From Candidatus Dormiibacterota bacterium (GTDB lineage: Bacteria; Chloroflexota; Dormibacteria; Aeolococcales; Bog-877): a stretch of 64,000 nucleotides of DNA. The notes beneath the pieces were generated by a model. It searched no databases. It was given only the letters and a program-made list of their open reading frames with translations, and was not told the origin of the DNA. The DNA lies in NCBI GenBank assembly GCA_027306595.1, contig DAHUZI010000073.1:88-64087 (forward strand), given 5' to 3'. Position numbers and translations under genes: made by a program. Shown here one piece after another: positions 7,972 through 16,906 of the stretch (the stretch's first letter is position 1; every line of letters starts with the position of its first letter).

Positions 7972-9297
7972 TCAGCCGCCGGAGGCGACGTCGATGCTCA
8001 CCCGCCGGCCGGTCTCGATGCCGCCGAAGAACCACGCCACCGCCCCCGCCAGCCCGATCGCCCAGACGATCAGGCTGAAGAGGATGAGCCCGGAGGCGTT
8101 GAAATGCTGGGTGATGTAGATGGTCGCGATGTAGAGGCCGATGCTCACGAAGCGGACCGCGGCGGTATAGGTTCCGCGGCGGCGTGTCGACCAGACCTCG
8201 CCCTTGAGGGTGTCCTCGGTGAGGTAGGCGACGTTGACGAAGACGTTGAGGGCGACGAGGAGCACCCAGAAGAGGCCGAGGCTCGATGACCACGCCGACT
8301 TGGTGACCAGGATCACCAAGGTGAGGGCGAAGGAGCCCAGGTAGCCGGCCAGGAGGAGCTGGCGCCGGCTCAGGCGGTCGGCCCAGAAGCCGAAGAATCC
8401 GCTCACGAACCCGGTCGCGGTGGCGACCAGGAGGATGGTCGCGGTCAGGGTGGGGAAGTGCTCGGGGCCGAGGACGTAGGTCATGAGACCGAACCCCGCG
8501 GTCCCCGCGAAGGCAGTGGCGGTGGTGGCGAAGAGCCGGAGCGAGAGCGGGGCGCGGCGCCGGGGCGCGGCGGTGTCGGCCGCCGGCACCGAGGCCGCCG
8601 CGGCGGCCTCACGGGCCGCCCATTCAGCCGCGCCGTAGTAGCGGTCGATCTCGGCGCGGGCGCGCGCCTCCAGGCCGCGTGACCGCAGCCAGCGAATCGA
8701 CTCCGGGGTCCGCGACCGGGCCGCGAAGAGCACCACGAGGACGACGAGGAAGGTCGCGGCGATCATGCCCCGCTCGAAGGGCACCCCGTGCGAGGCGCTG
8801 GCCAGGGAGACACCGGCGAGGATCAGCCCGCCGAGGTTGATGCCGTTGATCTCCAGCATCATGGTCTTGCTCCGGTGCCGGTTCGGCATCACCTCGTGCG
8901 ACGCCGTCATGATCGTGTTCATCTCCCCGCCAGCGGCGAACAACATGATGGCGAGGAAGCCGAGGATGAGCCAGTAGGTGCCGCTGAACGTGAGGCCGAC
9001 GGCCCCGATCCCGTACAGGGACATCGTCAGGTAGAAGGTGGCCTTGCGGCCGACGCGATCGGACAGCGGCCCGGCGACGGCGATCCCGATGATGAGCCAG
9101 ATCGGCGCCCAGGACAGGAGCAGCGACCGCAGCGTCGCGGGCATCGTCACCCATCCGGTGGCGATCGACGCCATCCCGAAGATGTACGCCTCCAGCACCA
9201 TCCCGAGGACGAAGGAGGTGAAGTTCCAGCTGTCGGTGGGGATCCAGCGCTCGCGCGCCGACGCCCGCTGGCCGGCGGCCCACCCGATGGTCGTCAT
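7972..9297 (-). CDS. MFS transporter
   Basis: Track ORF 7972..9363. I prefer ATG 9297 (MTTIGWAAG), which has a GGAGG-rich run directly upstream. About 12 hydrophobic segments and the loop motif GPLSDRVGRK. Confidence 0.8.
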   Translation of the reverse strand: MTTIGWAAGQRASARERWIPTDSWNFTSFVLGMVLEAYIFGMASIATGWVTMPATLRSLLLSWAPIWLIIGIAVAGPLSDRVGRKATFYLTMSLYGIGAVGLTFSGTYWLILGFLAIMLFAAGGEMNTIMTASHEVMPNRHRSKTMMLEINGINLGGLILAGVSLASASHGVPFERGMIAATFLVVLVVLFAARSRTPESIRWLRSRGLEARARAEIDRYYGAAEWAAREAAAAASVPAADTAAPRRRAPLSLRLFATTATAFAGTAGFGLMTYVLGPEHFPTLTATILLVATATGFVSGFFGFWADRLSRRQLLLAGYLGSFALTLVILVTKSAWSSSLGLFWVLLVALNVFVNVAYLTEDTLKGEVWSTRRRGTYTAAVRFVSIGLYIATIYITQHFNASGLILFSLIVWAIGLAGAVAWFFGGIETGRRVSIDVASGG

Positions 9298-9422
9298 CCC
9301 CTCCCCCCTCCGCCGACCCGACCGCCGCCGGCCGGGCGCGGCCCGATCCCGACCGGGTGCCACCGTACCCGCCGGCCGGGTTGCCCGTCAACGCGGACCG
9401 CTCGCCGCGGGCGGGGGCGGGG

Positions 9423-11084
9423 TCAGACCTGGATCGGCACCACCCGTCCAGCGGTGACGTCGACGAGCCCGCGGTCGGTCAGCTTGAGGGCGGGGATCAC
9501 CGACAGGCAGAGGAAGCTGAGGGCCATCGCCGGCCGCTGCAGCCGACAGCCGAGCGCGGCGGCGGCGGCGTCCAGCGCCCGTAGCTGCGCCGCGACGTCG
9601 GTCGCGGGGGCGGTGGACACCAGGCCGGCGACCGACAGGGGCACCGCGGCCCGGACGACGCCCCCGGTGGCGAGCGCCAACCCCCCGCCCTGGCGCACGA
9701 CCTGCTCGATCGCGCAGCGCAGGTCCGCGTCGTCGGCCCCGACGGCGAGCAGGTTGTGCGCGTCGTGGGCGACCGTCGACGCGATCGCTCCGGCTCGCAG
9801 CCCGATCCCGCGCACGAGCCCGAGGCCGACGCGCCCGCTGGCGTGGTGGCGCTCGAGGACGGCCATCTTGAGGAGGTCACGGCCGGGGTCGGCGACGAGC
9901 TCGCCGTCGCGGTGGGGAGCGGGTTCGACCAGGTGGGACGTGATGAGCTCGCCGTCCCGCACCCCGATCACCGAGGCGGATCCCGGTCGACCGGGGATCC
10001 GCAGCTGGCCGGGGCCCAGGTCGCGGACGTGGACGCTGGCGCGGGTGCCCGCCTGCTCGTCGCGTCCGACCTCGAAGCAGGCCTGGCCCGCCTGCGCCAC
10101 GCGCACCCCGGCCTTGTACACCGCCAGCACCTCGAACGTCGCCAGGTCGTCGACGACGCAGAGGTCGGCCAGGTGCCCGGGGGCGACCACGCCGCGGTCG
10201 CGCAGCCCGAGGTACTGGGCGGGCTGGATGGTGGCACAGCGAACCGCGTCCACCGGGTCCAGCCCGCCGCGGACCGCCTGGCGCACGATCGCGTCCACAT
10301 GCCCGTGCGCGAGGAGATCCTCGGGGTCGCGGTCGTCGGTGCAGAACATCGCCCGTGAGGGGCGGAGCTCGCGCAGCACCGGCAGGAGGGCGGCAAGATT
10401 GCGGGCGGCCGATCCCTGCCGGACCATGAGCCACATTCCCAGCCGCAGGCGTTCGCGCGCCTCCTCGGCGGTCGTGCACTCGTGGTCAGACATGATGCCG
10501 CTGGCCGCGTAGGCGCAGAGGTCCCGGCCGCTCAGGCCAGGCGCGTGCCCGTCGACGAGCCCACCGCGTCGGCGCGCCGCCTCGATCTTGGCGAGGACCG
10601 GCTCGGCGCCCGCCAGCACGCCCGCCATGTCCATCACCTCCGCCAGCCCAAGGACCCGCTCCTCGGCGAGGAGGGGCAGGAGGTCCGCCACCGCCAGGGG
10701 ACCCCTCGGGCTCTCGAACGGTGACGCCGGCACGCAGGAACTGAGCATGACGAAGGCGTCGAGGGGGAGCCCGCGCCCGCTCGCGAGCACGTGGCGGATC
10801 CCGTCGACCCCGAGCACGTTGGCGAACTCGTGAGGGTCGAGGACGACGGAGGTGGTCCCGTGGGGGACGGCGGCCCGACTGAACTCGGCAAGGCCGAGCA
10901 TCGTGCTCTCCAGATGCATGTGGGCATCGATGAGGCCGGGGACAACGACCGCCTGGCCAAGGTCGTGCTCGCGCACGCCCTCATAGCCGGAGCCGATTGC
11001 GACGACGTGGCCGTCCTGGACGACGACGTCCCCCGCGAGCAGCTCACCGGTGACGACGCTGAGCACGCGCGCGTTGCGGAGCAC
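9423..11084 (-). CDS. ade: Adenine deaminase
   Basis: 553 aa from GTG 11084. VVPGLIDAHMHLESTML, then GGLVDGHAPGLSGRDL and VAHDAHNLLAVG, typical of Ade. Confidence 0.85.
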   Translation of the reverse strand: MLRNARVLSVVTGELLAGDVVVQDGHVVAIGSGYEGVREHDLGQAVVVPGLIDAHMHLESTMLGLAEFSRAAVPHGTTSVVLDPHEFANVLGVDGIRHVLASGRGLPLDAFVMLSSCVPASPFESPRGPLAVADLLPLLAEERVLGLAEVMDMAGVLAGAEPVLAKIEAARRRGGLVDGHAPGLSGRDLCAYAASGIMSDHECTTAEEARERLRLGMWLMVRQGSAARNLAALLPVLRELRPSRAMFCTDDRDPEDLLAHGHVDAIVRQAVRGGLDPVDAVRCATIQPAQYLGLRDRGVVAPGHLADLCVVDDLATFEVLAVYKAGVRVAQAGQACFEVGRDEQAGTRASVHVRDLGPGQLRIPGRPGSASVIGVRDGELITSHLVEPAPHRDGELVADPGRDLLKMAVLERHHASGRVGLGLVRGIGLRAGAIASTVAHDAHNLLAVGADDADLRCAIEQVVRQGGGLALATGGVVRAAVPLSVAGLVSTAPATDVAAQLRALDAAAAALGCRLQRPAMALSFLCLSVIPALKLTDRGLVDVTAGRVVPIQV

Positions 11085-11230
11085 GAGGTCAGCCGGCCGC
11101 GACCCCCTCGCGGCCGCGATCCGCTGGGCGAGTTGGATGGCGGGCCCTCATCTCTTCGGCCGGCTGCGGCTCGACCCGGACCGCCAGCCGGGCGCGCCCG
11201 CGGCGAACCCGCCGCCCGGGACCTCCCGCG

Positions 11231-11236
11231 AGTATA
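11231..11236 (-). promoter_or_regulatory. -10-like hexamer TATACT upstream of ade (long leader)
   Basis: Minus strand reads gaggaTATACTcgcggg. Same hexamer as at parA and lepB, but no start codon follows, implying a leader of about 140 nt to GTG 11084. Confidence 0.3.
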
Positions 11237-11290
11237 TCCTCGCCCCGCCGCCCGCCTTGGTGCCGGCCAGCCCCGGTACCGCACTGCGCC

Positions 11291-11332
11291 CCTATATGCC
11301 CATATAGCCATATGCCACATGTGCCATGTTGG
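11291..11332. repeat. AT-rich array of degenerate CCATATG-like 7-9 bp units with small palindromes
   Basis: cctatatg cccatatag ccatatg ccacatgtg ccatgttgg. Includes TATATG-cc-CATATA (11293..11306), CATATG (11309..11314) and CACATGTG (11316..11323). It is the most AT-rich patch of the left arm, between the mmsA stop and the ade promoter. Confidence 0.5.
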
Positions 11333-11365
11333 GTTGCGAGAGGCGGGCCCGCGGCCCGCGGCGAC

Positions 11366-12829
11366 TCAGAACCGCGAGGTCACGACCTTGCGGCGGGTGA
11401 AGAACTGCACCCCGTCGAGACCGGTGGCGTGGAGATCGCCGTAGAAGGAGTCCTTCCACCCGGCGAAGGGGAACATCGCGACCGGGGCGGCGACCCCGAT
11501 GTTGACCCCCAGCATCCCAGCCTGGACGCCCTCCCGCCAGCGTCGCGCGGCCCCGCCGCTGGTGGTGAAGATGCTGGCGGCGTTGCCGAACCGCGAACGG
11601 TTGACGACCGCGAGCGCCTCGTCCAGCGACGCGGTGCGGATGACGCTGAGGACGGGCCCGAAGATCTCCTCCTGGGCGATGGACATGCTCGGCGCGACAT
11701 GGTCGAAGATCGTGGGGCCGAGGAAGAAGCCGCCCGAGCCGAAGGCCGCCGTCGCCGACTGGCGGCCGTCGCAGACCAAGGTCGCCCCCTCGAGGAGCCC
11801 GGCCTCGATGTAGCCGGCGACGCGGCTGCGGCTGTCGTCCCGGATGACCGGGCCCATCCCGGTCTCGGGGTCGGCACCGGGCCCGACCCGCAGCCCGGAG
11901 CACGCCTCGGCCAGGGCGGGGATCACGCGGTCGGCCGCCTCACCGACCGCGACCACGACGCTGCCGGCCAGGCACCGCTGCCCGGCCCCGCCGAAGGCGG
12001 ACGACATGATGGCGGGGACGGCGACGGCGAGGTCCGCGTCGGGCATCACGACGAGGTGGTTCTTGGCCCCGGCCAGCGCCTGGACCCGCTTCCCGCTCGC
12101 CGAGGCGGTGCGGTACACGTACGTGGCGACCGGCTGCGAGCCGACGAACGACACCGCTCGGATGCCCGGGTGCTCGCAGATCGCCGTCACCACCTCGCGG
12201 GCGCCGTGGACGAGGTTGAGGATCCCGGGGGCGAGCCCCGCAGCCTCGAAGAGCTCCACGATCCGCACGGCCGAGTTGGGCGTCCGCTCCGACGGCTTGA
12301 GCACCACCGCATTGCCCGCCGCTATCGCGATCGGCAGCGTCCACATCGGGACCATGAGCGGAAAGTTGAAGGGGGTGATGATCCCGCACACGCCGACCGG
12401 GTAGCGGATCTCCTCGCAATCGATCCCCCGCGAGACGTCCGCCAGGACGCGGCCCATCATCAGCGTCGGCATCCCGCAGGACAACTCGACCACCTCGAGG
12501 GCGCGTCGGACCTCGCCCTGCGCGTCGGCCCGGGTCTTCCCGTTCTCGCGCACGATGAGATCGCGGAGCTCAGCCGCCTGCGCCTCCATCAGCTCGCGGA
12601 GCCGATAGCAGACCCGGACGCGCTCGGCGACCGGCGTGGCCGCCCAGGCCGGCTGGGCGGCTGCAGCCGCCTGGACGGCCGCGTCGACGGCAGCGCTGTC
12701 CGAGAGCGGGACCCGCGAAATGAGAGCGCCGGTGGCGGGATCGGGCACGTCCAGGAGCGGCGCGCCGTCGGGCTCCTGCCACGCCCCCCCGATGCGGTTG
12801 CGAAGGATGGGGGCGGTGACAACAGCCAT
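11366..12829 (-). CDS. mmsA: CoA-acylating methylmalonate/malonate-semialdehyde dehydrogenase
   Basis: 487 aa from ATG 12829, with AGGAGG 8 nt upstream. Motifs: ITPFNFPLMVPMW, LKPSERTP, FGGAGQRCLAGS (catalytic Cys), EEIFGPVL, and C-terminal FAGWKDSFYGDLH typical of MmsA. Confidence 0.9.
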   Translation of the reverse strand: MAVVTAPILRNRIGGAWQEPDGAPLLDVPDPATGALISRVPLSDSAAVDAAVQAAAAAQPAWAATPVAERVRVCYRLRELMEAQAAELRDLIVRENGKTRADAQGEVRRALEVVELSCGMPTLMMGRVLADVSRGIDCEEIRYPVGVCGIITPFNFPLMVPMWTLPIAIAAGNAVVLKPSERTPNSAVRIVELFEAAGLAPGILNLVHGAREVVTAICEHPGIRAVSFVGSQPVATYVYRTASASGKRVQALAGAKNHLVVMPDADLAVAVPAIMSSAFGGAGQRCLAGSVVVAVGEAADRVIPALAEACSGLRVGPGADPETGMGPVIRDDSRSRVAGYIEAGLLEGATLVCDGRQSATAAFGSGGFFLGPTIFDHVAPSMSIAQEEIFGPVLSVIRTASLDEALAVVNRSRFGNAASIFTTSGGAARRWREGVQAGMLGVNIGVAAPVAMFPFAGWKDSFYGDLHATGLDGVQFFTRRKVVTSRF

Positions 12830-12960
12830 AGCGCTGGCCTCCTGTGGACGGCTGTCGTGGCGGGTGGCCCGCCCGATCGCAGCCGGTCATCGAGCGTAGC
12901 GCCTCGGGTCGGGCCGGGCAAGGCGACGGTCGCTTCGTGATCCGCGTGCGAGCCGGCCGA

Positions 12961-12976
12961 TGTTTCACGTGAAGCA
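12961..12976. other. parS: parS centromere-like site 1
   Basis: TGTTTCACGTGAAGCA matches 15 of 16 positions of the TGTTNCACGTGAAACA consensus. It lies 78 nt upstream of parA. Confidence 0.8.
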
Positions 12977-12998
12977 ATGGCGCGCGGCCGACCGCGAG

Positions 12999-13014
12999 TG
13001 TTTCCCGTGAAACA
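12999..13014. other. parS: parS centromere-like site 2
   Basis: TGTTTCCCGTGAAACA matches 15 of 16 positions of the consensus. It lies 38 bp from site 1 and 28 bp upstream of the parA -10 element. Confidence 0.8.
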
Positions 13015-13041
13015 CATCCGCCCGCACGCGTCCGCCCTTCG

Positions 13042-13047
13042 TATACT
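13042..13047 (+). promoter_or_regulatory. -10 hexamer TATACT, 6 nt before the parA GTG (leaderless arrangement)
   Basis: ttcgTATACTggccggGTG, with no purine-rich SD in between. Confidence 0.5.
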
Positions 13048-13053
13048 GGCCGG

Positions 13054-13836
13054 GTGCTGAGGCCCCGGATCCTCACGATCAGCAACCAGAAGGGCGGGGT
13101 CGGCAAGACCACCACCACGGTCAACCTCGGTGCGGCCCTCTGCGAGCGGGGTCGCCGGGTCCTCATCGTGGACACGGACCCCCAGGCGAACGCGACCTCC
13201 GGACTCGGGTACCCGGCGGGAAGCTTCGAGCGCTCCGTGTACGACGTGCTGGTGCTCGGCCAGCCGTTGCCGGACACCATCCTTCCGGTGCCATCGGTCC
13301 CCGGGCTCAGCCTGGTTCCGGCGTCCCTCGCTTTGGCCGGGGCCGAGCTCGAGCTCGCCGACCTTGCCCGTCGCGAGTACCGCCTCCGCTACGCGCTCGA
13401 GGCGATCGCCGGGTATGACTACGTTCTCATCGACTCCCCGCCGTCGCTCGCCCTCATCACCGTCAACTGCCTGGTAGCGGCCGACGCAATGCTGATCCCC
13501 CTCCAGTGCGAGTACTACGCCCTTGAGGGCCTCTCCCTCCTCACCCACACCCACGGCCTCATCACCCAGGAGCTCAACCCCGGCCTCGAGCTCGCCGGAA
13601 TCGTCATGACCCTCTTCGACCCGCGGACCCTGCTCAGCGCCCAAGTGGTCGCCGAGGTGCGACGGCGGTTTCCAGAACAAACGTTCGCTACTCTGATCCC
13701 GCGCACGGTCCGCCTCAGCGAGGCGCCCAGTCACGGCCTCCCGATCACTCTCTACGACCCCTCCGGCCGCGGCTCCACCAGCTACCGCGCCCTCGCCGAC
13801 GAGCTCCTCGCCCGCGACGCCCTGGTGGCCGCGTGA
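13054..13836 (+). CDS. parA: Chromosome-partitioning ATPase ParA/Soj
   Basis: 260 aa. ILTISNQKGGVGKTTTTVNLGAAL (deviant Walker A), then IDSPPSL. Confidence 0.93.
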   Translation: MLRPRILTISNQKGGVGKTTTTVNLGAALCERGRRVLIVDTDPQANATSGLGYPAGSFERSVYDVLVLGQPLPDTILPVPSVPGLSLVPASLALAGAELELADLARREYRLRYALEAIAGYDYVLIDSPPSLALITVNCLVAADAMLIPLQCEYYALEGLSLLTHTHGLITQELNPGLELAGIVMTLFDPRTLLSAQVVAEVRRRFPEQTFATLIPRTVRLSEAPSHGLPITLYDPSGRGSTSYRALADELLARDALVAA

Positions 13837-14813
13837 GCACCCCCGACGAGGCCGGGCTCGCCGGCCCCCTCCCGCACCCTGCCGACCCGCCCGATCTCAG
13901 CCCGCTCGGGCCACCCCCCGCGTTCGCCTCGCGGCCCCCTCGGCGGGGCCTGGGACGCGGGCTGGACAACCTCATCCCCACCGGGGCCCCCAGCCTCGCC
14001 ACCGGGTTCGGCGCGCCCGGGATCCGCGACCTGCCCGTCGCCTGGATCATCCCCAACGCCCACCAGCCGCGCAGCGAGTTCGATGAGGCCTCCCTCGACC
14101 AGCTGGCCGACTCCATCCGCCGCTACGGCGTCCTCCAGCCGATCGTGGTCGAGCCGGACGGCGGCGAGCGCTTCCGGCTCCTCGCCGGTGAGCGCCGCTG
14201 GCGGGCCGCCAAGCTCGCCGGGCTCACCCGGATCCCCGCCACGATCCGGGCCGTCGGCGAGGATCGGGTGGCCCTCGAGGTCGCGCTGGTCGAGAACCTG
14301 GTCCGGGACGACCTCTCGGCGCTCGAGGAGGCGCGGGCCTACGCTCGGCTCTGCGATGAGTTCGGGCTCACCCAGGAGGCCGTGGCCGAGCGGGTTGGGC
14401 GCAGCCGATCGGCGGTCGCCAACACCCTGCGCCTGCTCAACGCGATTCCGGAGGTGCACGCCGCCCTGGTGGCCGGGTCGATCTCGGCTGCCCACGCCCG
14501 CACCCTGGTGGCGCTGGAGCAGCCCGAGCTCCAGCGCCAGGCGCTCCGGCAGGTCCTCGACCACCAGCTGTCTGTGCGCGCCACCGAACGGCTGGTCGGA
14601 CAGGTCCGGCGCCGGGGCGGCGACCCCCCGGCGCCGGCGCGCACCGTGCCCGCGGCCCGTCCCCTCGCCGACGTCGAGGAGGCGCTGAGCCGCTCCCTGG
14701 GCACGCGGGTCACGCTCCACGCGCGCGCCGGCGGCGCCGGCCGGATCATCATCGACTACTTCACCGCCGAGCAGCTGGACGGGCTCTGCGAGCGGCTCCA
14801 CGTCGACCTCTGA
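13833..14813 (+). CDS. parB: Chromosome-partitioning protein ParB/Spo0J
   Basis: 326 aa. Its GTG overlaps the parA TGA (GTGA). Motifs: RRGLGRGLDNLIP, IIPNAHQPRSEF, GERRWRAAKLAGL, HTH region LTQEAVAERVGRSRSAVANTLRLL. Confidence 0.93.
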   Translation: MSTPDEAGLAGPLPHPADPPDLSPLGPPPAFASRPPRRGLGRGLDNLIPTGAPSLATGFGAPGIRDLPVAWIIPNAHQPRSEFDEASLDQLADSIRRYGVLQPIVVEPDGGERFRLLAGERRWRAAKLAGLTRIPATIRAVGEDRVALEVALVENLVRDDLSALEEARAYARLCDEFGLTQEAVAERVGRSRSAVANTLRLLNAIPEVHAALVAGSISAAHARTLVALEQPELQRQALRQVLDHQLSVRATERLVGQVRRRGGDPPAPARTVPAARPLADVEEALSRSLGTRVTLHARAGGAGRIIIDYFTAEQLDGLCERLHVDL

Positions 14814-14905
14814 CCGGCGGCGGCCGGCCTGCCTCTGCGTCCGACCGGCGCCGACTTCGGCTGGGGACGGGCGGCTTCCCCCGCCGAGCGGCCCGCGGGC
14901 CATTC

Positions 14906-14911
14906 GTATAC
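14906..14911 (+). promoter_or_regulatory. -10 hexamer TATACT, 7 nt before the lepB GTG (leaderless arrangement)
   Basis: ttcgTATACTctcgcgGTG. The preceding ttcg is identical to the parA copy. Confidence 0.5.
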
Positions 14912-14918
14912 TCTCGCG

Positions 14919-15677
14919 GTGCCCGTGGAATCCCCGCAACGCCCGCCGTGGGCCGCGGAGACCGCGCCGGGCGACCAGCGACCCGCCCTCGGCCGGCGCC
15001 GCGCCTGGATCCGGGACGTGGTCGAGCTGGTGGTGCTGGCCGCCCTCATCTACCTCGTCATCACGTTCGTGGTCCAGACCGTGCACGTCGAGGGCGAGAG
15101 CATGGTCCCGACCCTCCACAACAACGACCTGCTCGTCGCCGACAAGATCACCCTCGATTTCGGCGGACCCAGCCGGGGCGAGATCGTCGTCATCAAGCCC
15201 CCGATCAGCAGCCCCACCGACTTCATCAAGCGCGTCATCGGGCTGCCCGGGGAGTGGATCCGGATCGCGCCCAGTACCAACGGGGTGGGCCACGTTTACA
15301 TCGACACCCATCAGCCGATCGGCCCCGTGGGGGGCGAGTTCCTGCGCGAGCCGTACATCAACGGCGTCTGGCGGCAGGAGGTCCTCTGCTGCACCAACGG
15401 TGGCGAGGCGTCGCCCACCCTGCCGCCGAGCGGGCGCTGGGCGCACATTCCGAAGAACGACTACTTCGTGATGGGCGACAACCGCAACGTCTCCGAGGAC
15501 TCGCGCACCTTCGGGTGGGAGCCGCGCAGCGGGATTGTCGCGGTCGCGCGCTTCCGATTCTGGCCGCTCAACCGGATCGGCGGGCTGCCGGGCCCGCTGC
15601 CGACCCTGGTGCCGTCCACCGCGCTCACCCTGGCCCCGGTGGCGGTGCGGCGCCGACGCCGACGCCGCGCCCCCTGA
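14919..15677 (+). CDS. lepB: Signal peptidase I
   Basis: 252 aa. TM segment VVELVVLAALIYLVITFVV, catalytic boxes VEGESMVPTL, DFIKRVIGLPGE, YFVMGDNRNVSEDSR. Confidence 0.9.
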   Translation: MPVESPQRPPWAAETAPGDQRPALGRRRAWIRDVVELVVLAALIYLVITFVVQTVHVEGESMVPTLHNNDLLVADKITLDFGGPSRGEIVVIKPPISSPTDFIKRVIGLPGEWIRIAPSTNGVGHVYIDTHQPIGPVGGEFLREPYINGVWRQEVLCCTNGGEASPTLPPSGRWAHIPKNDYFVMGDNRNVSEDSRTFGWEPRSGIVAVARFRFWPLNRIGGLPGPLPTLVPSTALTLAPVAVRRRRRRRAP

Positions 15678-15681
15678 CCCC

Positions 15682-16890
15682 ATGCCCCCAGCGGTGACCG
15701 GGGCGGCGCTGGCCGCCGCGCCCGACCCCCTCAAAGCGATCGCCGACCTCGCCATCACCGCCGCCGCCCCCGAGCTCCTTGCGCTGAGCCACCGGCTCAA
15801 CGACGAACCCGAACTGGCCTTCCAGGAGCACCGGGCGGCCGGCTGGATCGCCGACGCCCTCGGAGCCTACGGCTTTGCGATCGAGCGCGGGACGGCCGGT
15901 CTGCCCACGGCGCTCACGGCTCGCAGCGGCACCGGTGCGCTCGTCATCGGGCTCTGCGCCGAGTACGACGCGCTGCCCGAGATCGGGCACGCCTGCGGCC
16001 ACAACGTGATTGCCGCAGCGGCCGTGGGCGCGGCCCTGGGCCTGGCCCGGGTCGCCGACGCGGCCGGCCTCACCGTGCAGCTCCTCGGCACCCCCGCCGA
16101 GGAGGCGGGCGGAGGCAAGGCGCTCATGCTCGAGCGGGGCGCGTTCGCCGGGATCCATGCGGCGATGCTGGTCCACCCAGGGCCGTTCGGGGTCGATTCG
16201 GTCCCCTGCCGTGCCCTCGCCTGTGCCGGTCTCACGGTCACGTACCAGGGGCTGGCGGCGCACGCGGGCGCCCATCCCGAGCGCGGGCGGAACGCGGCCG
16301 ATGCCGCCACCGTCGCCCAGGTGGCGATCGGGCTCCTGCGGCAGCAGATGAACCCCCACGACCGAGTCCACGGCATCGTGACCGCCGGGGGTGCCGCGGC
16401 CAACGTCATCCCCGACCACGTCACCCTCGCCTACACCCTGCGGGCGCCGACCCTGGCCGCGCTGCGGCGGCTGGAGCGACGCGTGCTCCGGTGCTTTCGA
16501 GCCGGCGCGCTGGCGACCGGCTGCCGGGTCGCCGTCACCCACGACGAGCCCGCCTACGCCCACTTCGAGGGCGATCGGGACCTCGAGGCCCTCTACACCG
16601 CCAACCTCGTCGCCATCGGCGGCCGGCCGACCCCGGGCCCGGACCACCCGCCCGGGTTCTCGACCGACATGGGGAACGTCTCGTTGGCGCTGCCGGCCCT
16701 CCATCCGACGGTGGGCATCGACGCGGGCGACGCCGTCAACCACCAGGCGGCGTTCGCCGCCCACTCCCGGGGGCCCTCCGCCGACGCCGCCGTGCTCCGC
16801 GGCGCCCGAGCGATGGCGCGGACGGCGATCGACGCCGCCCTCACCGCCCGGGTCCGGGCCCGCCTCCTGGCCGGCCGCCGCCGGACCTGA
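15682..16890 (+). CDS. M20-family metallohydrolase (AbgB/amidohydrolase-like)
   Basis: Track ORF 15535..16890. I start at ATG 15682, 4 nt after the lepB stop. Motifs: AEYDALPEIGHACGHNVIAAAAVG, GTPAEEAGGGK. Confidence 0.82.
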   Translation: MPPAVTGAALAAAPDPLKAIADLAITAAAPELLALSHRLNDEPELAFQEHRAAGWIADALGAYGFAIERGTAGLPTALTARSGTGALVIGLCAEYDALPEIGHACGHNVIAAAAVGAALGLARVADAAGLTVQLLGTPAEEAGGGKALMLERGAFAGIHAAMLVHPGPFGVDSVPCRALACAGLTVTYQGLAAHAGAHPERGRNAADAATVAQVAIGLLRQQMNPHDRVHGIVTAGGAAANVIPDHVTLAYTLRAPTLAALRRLERRVLRCFRAGALATGCRVAVTHDEPAYAHFEGDRDLEALYTANLVAIGGRPTPGPDHPPGFSTDMGNVSLALPALHPTVGIDAGDAVNHQAAFAAHSRGPSADAAVLRGARAMARTAIDAALTARVRARLLAGRRRT

Positions 16891-16906
16891 GCGGCGCCGC
16901 CGGTCG

